A stretch of 59,586 nt of DNA, counting the filler, from Catajapyx aquilonaris (lineage: Eukaryota): NCBI GenBank assembly GCA_000934665.2. It is 3 parts of 3 records of this genome, joined end to end, with 100 filler letters (N's around TTAATTAATTAA, not from the genome) between each part and the next. Parts side by side here need not be neighbours in the genome. Positions count along the whole stretch, not along the records: positions 1 to 19,791 come from JYFJ02006388.1; positions 19,892 to 39,694 come from KZ539528.1; 1 more part is not named here. One strand, 5' to 3'. Below the pieces are notes generated by a model. That model had not been told where the DNA came from. It made no database searches and was given only the letters and a program-made list of their open reading frames with translations. Position 1 is the first letter of the stretch, and each line of letters opens with the position of its first letter. Below are positions 13,417 to 24,787 of this stretch, one piece after another. The position numbers and the translations under genes are program-made.

Positions 13417-16400
13417 AATAAGGCTCTTATAGTGCCATACACCTAATGCGGGTACATAACAACAAGTACAACGGCAATTGTCGCGTGAATATAAAACTTT
13501 TTAAATGTTTCTTCTTGTATACACCACATGCAAGCACCACGCACTAATTATTCACAAAATTGTCATTGCTTTGCCATTGGAATGGGGACTATGTTTCGAG
13601 TCTCTCATTCTTTCTCATACTGATAAAGTATAGGCCTACTGTAAGTAGTGCGCTTATGAAAAAGAAATAACAGAAAGCCATTTGCATAGGGGATAATTGC
13701 AGATTCGTAAAAGCATTACACCTTAGAGCTTAAATTTTCATATTACAGAGAACACCATTGATGAGCACATCTCATATTAACTCAAAATTCGAGTAAACAA
13801 GTATGGAGATTTCCCTCAGGGAACTTCACTGCCATCCTCGCTCTCCAAATCCCATTGGTTCAAAACGTCACGTGACCGATCTGTCCTCCCCTATACCATG
13901 TGCAAATTTGTTGTTCCATTGCGACCCCTTCCCACAACTACACTTCCTTCCTTGACAACCGCTGACAAGGAAAGGTTGCCAATGTGATTCCCTCATCCTG
14001 ACCATGCCATGCGCATTTCCACGGAAAAAGTGACACGGAATCGTTTCAAATTATGCTCAGGCGAAAAAAAATTCCTAACTTAATAAAAAATTCAAATGAC
14101 ATCGCTGTAAAACTGTCTAGGAGTAATACCCATTTTGTCGTAAAATGGAGTCGAGGCAAATGATTCATTCGCATTGAAACCTTGCCTTTGTATGACTTAT
14201 CTGTGGATAGCTTCAATGTAGAAATGCAATATGTAGCTGATGTGATTGATCTTTAATTTCATAAAAATATGAGCATGTAAGCAACTGACAAGCATAATGA
14301 TATTCACAAATAACTACGGTACTTGATTCAAAAAAATGCCTGAGATTGGCGCTGTGCCTAGATTTACTACTCAGTCATGTGCTCAGTTGTGCAGCACATT
14401 TCGGTTCCCACTTGCGCAACTCTTTCCGTGGCCAGCCATGTCCTCTACTCAATGAACATTATCCTCAATCTTACACCACAATGCAACTCCCCACTGCTAG
14501 TAGGCTAATGACTTGTGAAGCACAGAGGCAAGTGGCATTTATGGCTTTGTTCTAAAGAGGCAAAGCATTGTTGTGGGGAAATGAGGAAGGACTTGCAAGC
14601 AAGCCTCCTAACAAGTCCAGTGGGCACTTAAGAGCACGGTGATTCATATGGCTGGGGCCGAGCGGATTTTGTGCGGCACCCTTGGAGGCATACCCGAGAG
14701 GCTGCTGTTCTGCCTGGTAGCAAATCAGGCAGTTATCTTTCCGTGTATAGTCCGGTTACTACTGCAGGTGGGGGAAAAAAAACCGGTGGACATAATTAGA
14801 AGAGTGACGTAGGTCACTCCTTGACTTTGGAGACTCCCCCTCCCCAAAACCACTATCATCAGAGGCACCTCTGCGGCCGCACGGCGGCATTCAGCTGGGC
14901 AGGGAGTGAAGAGTACCCTCCAGGCCAGCCAAGAGCTGGCCAAAGCCTCCTCCAACGGCCACGCCAAGAGTTGTTGTCTCCACTTGGGAAGTCTCTCAGT
15001 TGCTCGGGGACCTGAATGCTTCGGCGGGGCCCCGTTGGAAAAGCAACGAGATGTCCCGAGGATGCTCCAGCAAGACAAGTGTGGGGGTGCTAGCTGTTAG
15101 GTAGAAGGGGTTTGGGGTCTACCTTAATTGGCCCCTATCCCCAAGATGGTCCCGTCGGGCACTAAGCAAAGCAATGCTGGACCAGTCCTGTTGGCAGCAC
15201 TAGCCAGCGGAAGAGTTTTTCTTCCATTCTGGAACAAGTTCCAAAGCTTTTCCCCGGAGAAAAATAATCATCAAAGAGCAGTTCACAAAATAGCGGCTCG
15301 AGTCGGGCAAGTACCAAAGGTGGACTGGGTGCTCGTGGCAGACATCTACAGCAGACTATGCAGAAGGCAATAATTCTTGTGATTATTTAGAATTGACAGA
15401 AAATTCAATCACACTTGTCCAATAGGCTGCCAAACGCAACTTAGGCTGCGGCATACTTTCCAGAATTGGCCATGTAGGCCTACTGTTCGTTTTCAGAAAC
15501 TCACCCAGAGCCTATATCACTGCAAGGATTTTTAACAACGTTACTGTACAGCCTCTAGCGTAAAATTAAAGGCCACAATAAACATCATTACTTGGCACGT
15601 TTTAAATTGCAATGCGTACAGCTCCCGATATGTCCTCCTTTTTCCGCAATTAGCTGATAAAATAACGTAGTCCTCGTCCTCTACCTTAGCAAGCAGCCGC
15701 TGCGGCGTCCACTAATTGGTCAATATTCAGCCAGTGATGTACGCCAAATATTCCGAGCCACAAGTGCTATACGAAGCTATCATGAGGTCATTAGACATGA
15801 CAGAAGTCGGCACAGCACTAATAATATTCCGCTACTCCCGCTGTTCAAGTGGCGGGATACTGTACCATACCGGCATCAAATTCTCCCGTTTCATCAATAT
15901 GCAGCAGGCATGATTTGGACAGATATGAAAGCGGGCACATTATAACCCCATCGTCGTCCTGTAGACACGAGAAAATTCATTCGAGGGCGGCACATTTGCA
16001 AGGGAATTTCATTCAATTATTATATTTATCCACTGACTAAGATAATGTTACTACAACCAAGTATACCGTATATACGGGACTGCTGCTAATAGTAGTCTAT
16101 TAAGCAGTACTCCCTTCCATTTCTTTGTCACTTGAGTAATTGCAATCAACGCCTGTAATTGTATTTTATCTTTGTGATTTGGTAGTGGAAATACTTAATG
16201 CAACCTAATACAAAGAAATACGCCAGCTAATTTATGTTCAATACTAACGTGCAAGTACACTTTTCAGTCCATATGAGCATATCAAAGAGCTCTAAAGGCA
16301 TTTTGATCATGATACAAGTTATTCAGAAATGAAATGATTCAGTCAACTGTGTTTGATTTACTTATTTCCAGTAGGCCTACTTTAAACCCAGTAAAACACA

Positions 16401-17086
16401 TTACTTGATTAAGTAGCCTACTTACTTGACCCATATATGGTTTTATATGCCTACATGTTTTAATACGGGTAATAATATTTACAACAATAACGGACTCGTT
16501 GCCAAATTTTGACAACACTGCTTGGCCCACCCCCCAACTTGGAAGTTGTATGATACGATAGGCGTAGGCCCATATCAGTTGGCGCATAGACAGTTCCTCT
16601 GCACACTACTGCCGTGCTTATATAGGAAAGTAGTACTGTACTACATGCACGTTGGTGGTGAGTCATCACGCTGATAAAGCCCACCAGGGTGCTATACCCA
16701 ACACGTGTCTCGCCTCCATTGAAGTTGGTCCCACCCTTCTCTAACAGCCAAAAATGTTCTCTAATAATATTGCTAAACGCGGAAAGTGATAAACCATGCT
16801 AGTTACTACTACCTCTGGATGAGTATTGACGGACATATAATCAGAATGACAGAATTAGGCTTTTAGTGGTATGGTGACGCAATGGTGTGTTTATTTCCGC
16901 ACCCGTCGACGTCTATAGCAGTCAGATTACTTTGATATCAAACCTGCAAACATGCAAAATGGATAATGCAGGGTACAAGAGTAAGAGATTCCCATTTTCT
17001 GTCATTCTTATCATATCGTTGTCAAGGTTTCAAGGATAATAATACCTTTCATTTGTAGACTAGTAGCCTTTATTACCATTTTCTAT

Positions 17087-17378
17087 GGGGGGACATGATG
17101 GTCTAGTGGGCAGTGGCTATGCTACTGGGGAGCCAAGCGGAAGGTCCAGGGTTCACATCCCGTCCCCGTCACCTTTGCTTGGTCGGGTCTTTTCCTCTTT
17201 TCACCCGACATGTCCGGCCAGAATTGCACTCCCTTCTCTAGCCAGCGTAGCTCCAGGAGAAAAGGTCTGGTATTTAAGAGGGTCAGAAATGACTTAAAAC
17301 TATTTAAGAGTACCCTCCCTTAGGAACCCCCCGCCCTACAAGGGCTTCTGGCCATATCACGGGGTAATACAAAAAACA
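17087..17378 (+). mobile_element. tRNA-derived SINE (family B)
   Basis: A-box TGGTCTAGTGG, B-box-like GGTTCACATCCC, tail GGCCATATCACGGGGTAA plus an A-run. The head recurs at 59292. Confidence 0.7.
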
Positions 17379-19791
17379 CAATTTTCTTTAAAAAAATGTC
17401 TAAAACACACCTAGGCACGTGCTATTTTTATTAACAAATCCCAAGGCCACGCTATGTTGTCATCTGCATATACGCCTGCTTGAACGAGCCAGTCTTTGCC
17501 ACGCATGGTCGACTGTATTGTTGTGTCTCTATACTGTAGATCATGATCGATGAGAGAGCATCCGCTGTACCAAATATTCACAATGTGCGAAACATGCCTA
17601 AAGCGTATCCAGGATATTGCGGAAAAAATGTGCAGTCTAGGCCGCAGTGAGATCAAATTTTTTTATGTATTTTTGCGGAAACGGGCAGCATTTTAGGCCC
17701 TGCTTATAGCGGAATGAACACTGCGTGAGAGGAACAAATATCTTGTTTCACCACAGATGGTTCACAGTTTAGCAAATAATTTAAAACAAACCAGTCTGCG
17801 AAACAATAATTGAGGTAAACATAGCGTTATGTAAATCTCTGAAGGATAATATTGCAACCAATAACAGTGTAAATATCGAGTAATCTGCTTGAAGAAATGT
17901 CCAAAAAACGCAGATGTCTGTTAACCCCTGTTGCAAACTATCTTTGTGGAAAAAGCAGCAAAATCCTCTTTCCACCCCATCTCTCTCTTCGCTCTCTTTC
18001 CCTTCGACATGTCTAACACCCTCGAGATTTGGAGGTAAGCCCTATTGGATCCCCGCGGCAGAAACGAACTTGGCTTTGGTAACATTTTCCGTGCTATTTG
18101 AAGAGCAAGCGAGGTGATTATTCGTTCCAGTGTGGGCCGTGTCAGCCTGACATCCTCTACAGACGGGCCCTAAGACGCAGGGAAAACACTCCACACTCGG
18201 ATGTATTCAGTATGGAGCACCACTCCTCACTGCCAATAACGGGGCGAGTTTTATAGGGTTTCAAAGTCGTCGTTTCTATCGTCCATTGTGGCTATGGTAA
18301 TTGGGGAACGGGGGATGGGTGGAAGAGGAGGGGGCAAAGGGGATGGGTGGTGGATGTGCTTGGAGTGGGGGTTTGCAGCAAGAAGGGAGAGATTTTGCAA
18401 GGACGTAGCTCTATGTTCAGATTCAAAGATTTTTGTCCTCCACGACGACGCGACGGTACCAGATTCTGGAGAAGAGCACCTATAGGATGAACTGTGAAGC
18501 CAAAGGTAAGAATTCATCACTTTATAGTTACATCGTAAGGTATAGTGGAAGACTTATCCTAACAGCACTTTTATTCAGTTTATTTAAAGCCAAGCATGCA
18601 ATAGGTAACTTTGTTTTAGAAGATGATTTTATACCTGGTTTAATATTGTGCATTTCTCATGAGATTACGCTGGTGCTGGTGAAAACTTGATGTAGAAAGA
18701 GAAGACTATAATGAAGGGCCTTGTTAGGTAGTACCATAATGCGACAGTAGTGAGTCATGAGCGAAAAATGGGCCGAAATGTCAAGTTTGGGAAGTCAAGT
18801 TGTTATTGTTCACATACCGGTACATAACTTTTCATGCAGAGGTGTTCATTTCGAGGGCAGCTCGCAATGAGAAAGCTCACAAGAATAGTGACATCTTACA
18901 CTCTTACAGCAATGCTCGCCCAATGTCGGCTGTAACAGCACTGCGTGCAACAATGTGATAATAATGTAGCAGAGCTATTGTAATATCGTCGATATCGTAT
19001 ATTTGTTAAAGTCATATAATGCATTGGAAGATTAGATTACTCTTGTGACCCAAAATAATGGCCTATACCAGCAACCTACCACTGGTGTTTGAAGCTGGGT
19101 TTTTCATATACTGTACATACAGTGCAGAAGTCGAGTCACTACAACGGCATATTTTTTCAGTTTATAACATGAGATAGCTAAAGGAAATTATTAAATTAGG
19201 CTACTCTTTTATCTGTGCTTTTACGGTTAAATGCATTATCTTCTCCGCCTTCTTCCAAAATTTACATTCTCATTTGTAGGTTGAGTACCGGTATATAAAA
19301 TAAGCTAGTAACAGTAATTATAAAGGTATAGAGTGGACACAAAGAGTCCTTTTTAGATATGCGTCTGAGATATAATTACAATTATTTCCGGTTATTAATT
19401 TTTACGTATGTGTATTTTTTACCTCCGGGAACACGAACAAATTTCTGGGACCAAGCTTACAGTGTGTTCCAACTGAACAGTCCGCGATTTATTGGCACTG
19501 ATTGCTTATTATTAATCAGACACTTTCCAACATTATTAGCTGCAAATATATTCGGTTGAATGCAAACACTCATTCAGGCCTTCAATTGCGATGAATTGTC
19601 CAGCTTATATTACCAAAATTCTCGCGACCTCGTGACGAGGTCGCAGGACCTCGCAAATTGCGACCTGTCAGCTAGGTTGTACATCGCAAAATGTGAGCTC
19701 TCATTTGTTTCAAAAACGATGTCTCTGCGAGGTGGGCTAGTCAGGTCGCCACGACGTCGTGGTTTGCAAGGTCGCCACGACCGCGTGGTTT

Positions 19792-19891
19792 NNNNNNNNN
19801 NNNNNNNNNNNNNNNNNNNNNNNNNNNNNNNNNNNTTAATTAATTAANNNNNNNNNNNNNNNNNNNNNNNNNNNNNNNNNNNNNNNNNNNN
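19792..19891. other. Assembly gap with an artificial TTAATTAATTAA linker
   Basis: N-run, then a 12-mer with stops in all six frames, then another N-run. Confidence 0.95.
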
Positions 19892-20651
19892 TCTGCGTCA
19901 GATAAGGTTTTTATGACCCTTTTCCATGAGTTCCCCTTCATGCAAATGTTGTGAACTCACTCCTGACCTTATTTTTCGCATTGGTCCACAACCTGGTCCA
20001 ATAAAAATTTGAAAAGGAATGCATGAAATGGCGGACCCGGACGCATTACTTTCGAATTGGTACCATCACATTTGTCTCCATTTTTACTTTAAAATAATTT
20101 TTTGGTGCGAAAGGACGTGAACGAAAGGATGTGTCATGTTGATTAATTTACCAAGGTAGGACTGTTTACTGTCCTTTCCCACCAAAAAATTATTTTAAAG
20201 TGAAAATGGAGACAAATGTGATGGTACCAATTATTCGAAAGTAATGCATCCGGGTCCGCCATTTCATGCATTCCTTTTCAAATTTTTATTGGACCAGGTT
20301 ATGGACCAATGCGAAAAATAAGGTCAGGCGTGAGTTCACAACATTTGCATGAAGGGGAACTCATGGAAAAGGGTCATAAAAACCTTATCTGACGCAGAAT
20401 ATGACCAGGGGTCCTCCAAGGCAACAAGCAAAATAAACGCAAAAGAGATAGGATGTTTAGATGAGTCACAGAGGCGAAGTTATTAATGGAATTGCGAGAG
20501 CGAAGGTGCTCAGCTGTTCTCAAGATTATGCTTCAAAAGATAGTGTACATTTGAACTGCTTGTGGACTTTTAAAAGATGTGAAAAGACGCTGTGAAAAGT
20601 AGGGTTAAAAACCTGGGGGGGGGGGGTCCGAAACTTTCCGTCCACCCTGTA
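19892..20651. mobile_element. Long palindromic Tc1/mariner-type MITE, left end lost in the gap
   Basis: 19892-20116 mirrors about 20171-20398. The right end is ...CCACCCTG-TA. Confidence 0.7.
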
Positions 20652-21962
20652 CTTAAGACTTAATATTCATTATCAAAAAGATACATAATGGGAGGGCTAT
20701 TTATCTCACCCATGCAGAAATTCAATTGCTGGGTATGTCCATAACGTTACTCGCAACTGTTGTGAAGTGCTCCGGACACGGCTGAAACCATTTTAGGATA
20801 CGCGACTATATTGTAGAATAAAATGGACCATGCCTCGAAGCAAAACATTGTCCCACTTTCCAGGACCGTGGTCAGTAACTTCGTGCAAATGTTGACATTT
20901 GTCCGAGCAAAGAGACCCTCTGACGGAAGTGTATACAAGCACTGCAGGAAGCAAACCCATGACTTGCAAGATATAATAACAACGAAATAAAAAAACACCC
21001 TGTGTCTAAAAGCGGGCGAGTAATCCAGTCGGGAAACATCTGATTTTCGCCTGTTCATTTGAAATGATGCAGAGTAGGATAGGTTAAATGACTCGCAAAA
21101 ATGCTCACAGTTTGAGCCCCTAACGCCATTCCAGTGTTTGTGCGTGATTCATTCTGACCAAAGAGGCATAACATGGATTTTGGCAAAGAGCAGCGTATGT
21201 TGTGAATTTGTATTCAGCAGCCGGCGCCATCTTTGATGAAAAATTCAACCGACCGGATGAAAATTTGGACAGCTGCTGTTTCAACTCTCCCCCTTCCCAC
21301 CCTCCAGGCTTCCCCCTCTTCCCTACTCCAACGTCCTCAGCGCAAGTGCTTCTATGTTCCTTAGAAATGACACCCTGGCGACCACTCGTTCCAACTCCTC
21401 CTGAAGACCTTGCAGCGACTTATCCACCAAATTTGACAGTTGAAAAATCTCAACCCGGCCCCACTCCGACGTGCCACCATCTTGATTCCAGGACTCTATT
21501 TTTTGCGATCCTTCCATGAAAAGGTCGTAGGTGATCGGTTGATCAATAACTTAAACTACCGTACCGTTATAAGGCAAGTAGTTGAGTTAATAATAACATA
21601 ACAGGCTCGCTATTGTTAAACAAATAATTATTTATCAATCACTATTCCGGTTGTGATTTTTTTCCCCTTGAATGTGTCATTCGACCAGTATTTATAGGTG
21701 TACCACGTGCATGCCTTCTAAAGGTAATGTGTAGAAAAATAGGCCATGAACAATAGAAGCATGCAAGAAAGGTGAGGTGGAGAAATGCACAAATTCTGCT
21801 TCAATACAGTGCTACTTTCACTAGTCGTTGGGTTCAAAATAATGGCAGGTACAGAGTACAGTACATTCAGCAAATGTGACATCTTTATGCTCTCCTTATA
21901 GTGCAATTACCCACGTGGATTATTCTTATAGTTAGGATAGAGAGAAACTTTCGAGTCATATA

Positions 21963-22181
21963 GGGCCGAATTCAGAGAGGTTGCTTAACGTAAACGCGCC
22001 CGATTAAATCCTTTAGTCAGCCTCGATTAGCAAATTTAATCAACCTGCTAATACAAAGACGGCGATTAGCGCTAAACGCCCCCTAATCGCACTTGCTAGC
22101 ACTTTTAAATTTGCTAATCGAGGATGACTAAAGGATTTAATCGGGCGCGTTTACGTTAAGCAACCTCTCTGAATTCGGCCC
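21963..22181. mobile_element. PIF/Harbinger (Tourist-like) MITE
   Basis: Long TIRs beginning GGGCCGAATTCAGAGAGG and a 3-bp TSD ATA. Confidence 0.85.
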
Positions 22182-22215
22182 ATAGCTATTAGGATACAAT
22201 ATAATATTTTATATA

Positions 22216-22470
22216 GGGCGACACGGTGGCCGAGCGGTTAGCGCCGCAGCCTTCCACCTCTAAGGTCCCGAGTTCGATCCCCGGGTCGGACGGAGGATAC
22301 TTATGTGGATAGAGTTTCGATGGGTTCTCTCCGTGTTCGCGTGGGTTTTCTCGGGGTTCTCCCGTTTCCTCCTCCCACTATCAAAATCCATCACATTACA
22401 GGCAAATGATTAAAATCGGTTATTCAAAAGATGATCCCCTAAGAGGCCCAAGGGGCCTATCACGGGGTAT
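22216..22470 (+). mobile_element. tRNA-derived SINE with a V-SINE-like central domain (family C)
   Basis: A-box TGGCCGAGCGG, B-box AGTTCGATCCC, core GTTCTCTCCGTGTTCGCGTGGGTTTTCTCGGGGTTCTCCCGTTTCCTCCTCCCAC and tail GGCCTATCACGGGGTA. Confidence 0.8.
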
Positions 22471-22492
22471 CCATTATTATAACATTTTATAT

Positions 22493-22496
<4 letters not shown>

Positions 22497-22549
<53 letters not shown>
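22497..22549. repeat. (AAT)n microsatellite between two tail-to-tail SINEs
   Basis: Trinucleotide tract. Confidence 0.95.
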
Positions 22550-22551
22550 GG

Positions 22552-22878
22552 GTTTTAGTGGCATACCTTAGCTATGGTTTGGGTACGGACCTTCACTTTT
22601 GTCAAGATGGTGCATGAGTTTGACAACGTGGAATGGCCCTTGGTCCAAGGGCAGGGTGACTGGGAGGGGATGTGCAACGTGCAAGTGCAATGTCGCTGCT
22701 GTGGACATTTTGTGAGCTCCCCCGGGTGGTTCGTCTATCGGAAATCCCCACCCTAGACGAAGCCGGAGATGACACAGAACTCCGCACGAGATGAAAGGGG
22801 GGAATGCCCGGGCTTGTAGAACCCGGGACCCTTCCATCCGTGGGAGCTTGCGTTACCGCAGCGCCACTTCACCTTCCC
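22552..22878 (-). mobile_element. tRNA-derived SINE (family D)
   Basis: Minus-strand head GTGGCGCTGCGGTAACGC...CCCGGGTTCT. The 3' end runs into (ATT)n. Confidence 0.55.
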
Positions 22879-23837
22879 GATATAATATTTTATAAACTAT
22901 TCCTTGGTAAGTTTACATGGAACACTGTAAGTGCATAAAATGTCGAAAACGCAATAGCCGACAGCTTATTTTGGTCCTGCGTTTCATATTTATATTTACC
23001 ATTGCCATGAAAATGAAAATAAAAATCATGTAAGATTCCCAGCGGCTTCTATGGTCACTTGAGAAGTCAAAAACTTGCAGTTTCTCTACTTTTAATCTCA
23101 GATTTTTACGCCTCAGAGACTGATTATTTTTTTAAAAGAAATTCACTTTTTCATCTAATATTTTGAGGAACAATTTTAACTCAAATTGTCATGGTACATC
23201 AATATCAATTCATCGACACAGCTTTTTAGGTAGGATAATCTAGTCATAGGCGACACGGTTCATGGCTAGACTAAACCTGGTGTTCAAATACCTTAGTATT
23301 ATGTAGGGTCTACTTGCCCCAGGTCTCTTTGTAAAGAGTCTGCTTGAATTTCCCCCCGAACTTTTGGCTGCAAATAATGTCCACGGGCCACAGTAGTGAC
23401 CCCATTATATTGGCAAGCATCCAGGGATTGAGGGAACATTATCGAAGTAAATTTTCATTCGATAATGTGCCCTCAATCCCTGTATTTTGATGCAATTTTG
23501 ACACATGGCCGATTCATGGAATCGAAATGAATAAGAAATTGCTTGTTTGGCTCACTGTAATTTTGATATTCTACAAGTAACTTAGAAATCAGCTAGGGCC
23601 CGAATTTTGGTCGGCACAGTTTTCCTCATTGTTGAACCATTCTGTTAAACACAATAATGAAGAATCAAAAACTAAGTTTGCAAATTACTAAAAAAAGAAA
23701 AATTCCATATATTCTCATGTATTGTGGTCAATCACGTGGGAATAGACAGACAACTCGTTATTGCTAGAAAACCTACTTGCGAATTGAGATATCAGTTTAT
23801 TACCGGAAAACGTAAACTATAAGGGGAGGTTATCATC

Positions 23838-23970
23838 ATAGCCTTCCACCCCAAGAGGTTTCGCGTTCGATCCCCGGGATCGGACATGGCACTTATTCTG
23901 TTCCTCATGTGCAGAGCGCTTCGATGGGTTCTGTCCGTGTTCGCGTGAGCTTTCTCAGAGCTCTCCTCTC
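23838..23970 (+). mobile_element. Truncated copy of the family C SINE
   Basis: gccttccacc...gttcgatccccggg...ttcgatgggttctgtccgtgttcgcgtg matches 22250-22345. Confidence 0.7.
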
Positions 23971-24730
23971 ATATAAAAATTTCTCTTACCCTCTCACCCT
24001 CACCTATTTCAGACAGTCTTAGCTTTTCTCTCTCCCCCACCTTCAAAAAATCACACAAAACCTAACTTGAATTACTCGTAACTGTCCTGACTATCGCTCC
24101 ATCTATCAGAAATGCGATGACGTAGTAATATGTGTTCGGCAGTACACATATTACTACGTCCTCGCATTTCTGACATTTTTGAACCCCCTCTCCCCCTCGT
24201 CATACTTCGTCATCATTTGGTAACCCCCCCNNNNNNNNNNNNNNNNNNNNNNNNNNNNNNNNNNNNNNNNNNNNNNNNNNNNNNNNNNCCCCTTCCCCCC
24301 CCCCTCGATGATGACGTAATATGTGTACGGTCCCTTACCACTTACTTGCCTTACCTTTGTGTATCTGGGTAGGAACATTACCCAGATACACAAATTAGTC
24401 AATTTCCTCAACCAGTTTTTCTTTTACTGCACTACGGCGAGTGGGACCTGCACCAGCCAGGTCACCCAATGCCAAGCAGCAGCCAGGCAAGGTCCTAGGC
24501 AGTCTAGTTATCACACTCAAAAGGAGACTCGCAGCTTTTTACAAAGCTCTTTACTCAACCAAAACCTCATTTTTGACTTGTAGAAATGTCTGAAATATTT
24601 ATTGTAACGTGCATGGTTACAGTCATAACCTGCGAGAATATTATAACATGTCATTTAGTTGGCTGATGATAACAGGGGTACAATATTGGTGACCACACAA
24701 AAGGTTTTGTTAGAACTAAAGTATTGGACG

Positions 24731-24748
24731 TATGTTTTTGTTCAGCAG
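24731..24748 (+). promoter_or_regulatory. Likely splice acceptor (tandem CAGCAG) of the kek2 coding exon
   Basis: Pyrimidine-rich tatgtttttgttCAGCAG about 40 nt upstream of the ATG. This implies an upstream non-coding exon. Confidence 0.6.
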
Positions 24749-24787
24749 GCCCTTGGTGGAAGCAGCAATGGTGAGGAATTCGCGACG

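Noticed and set aside
19836..19847. TTAATTAATTAA palindrome (also at 39739-39750)
   Set aside because: An artificial six-frame-stop linker inside N-gaps, not biological sequence.
22216..22290. Possible tRNA gene
   Set aside because: The A/B boxes continue into a SINE body and tail, there is no clean cloverleaf, and a truncated paralogue lies nearby.
24659..24787. 43-codon N-terminal extension of the kek2 ORF from a TTG start
   Set aside because: It crosses a likely splice acceptor. The signal peptide begins at ATG 24788.
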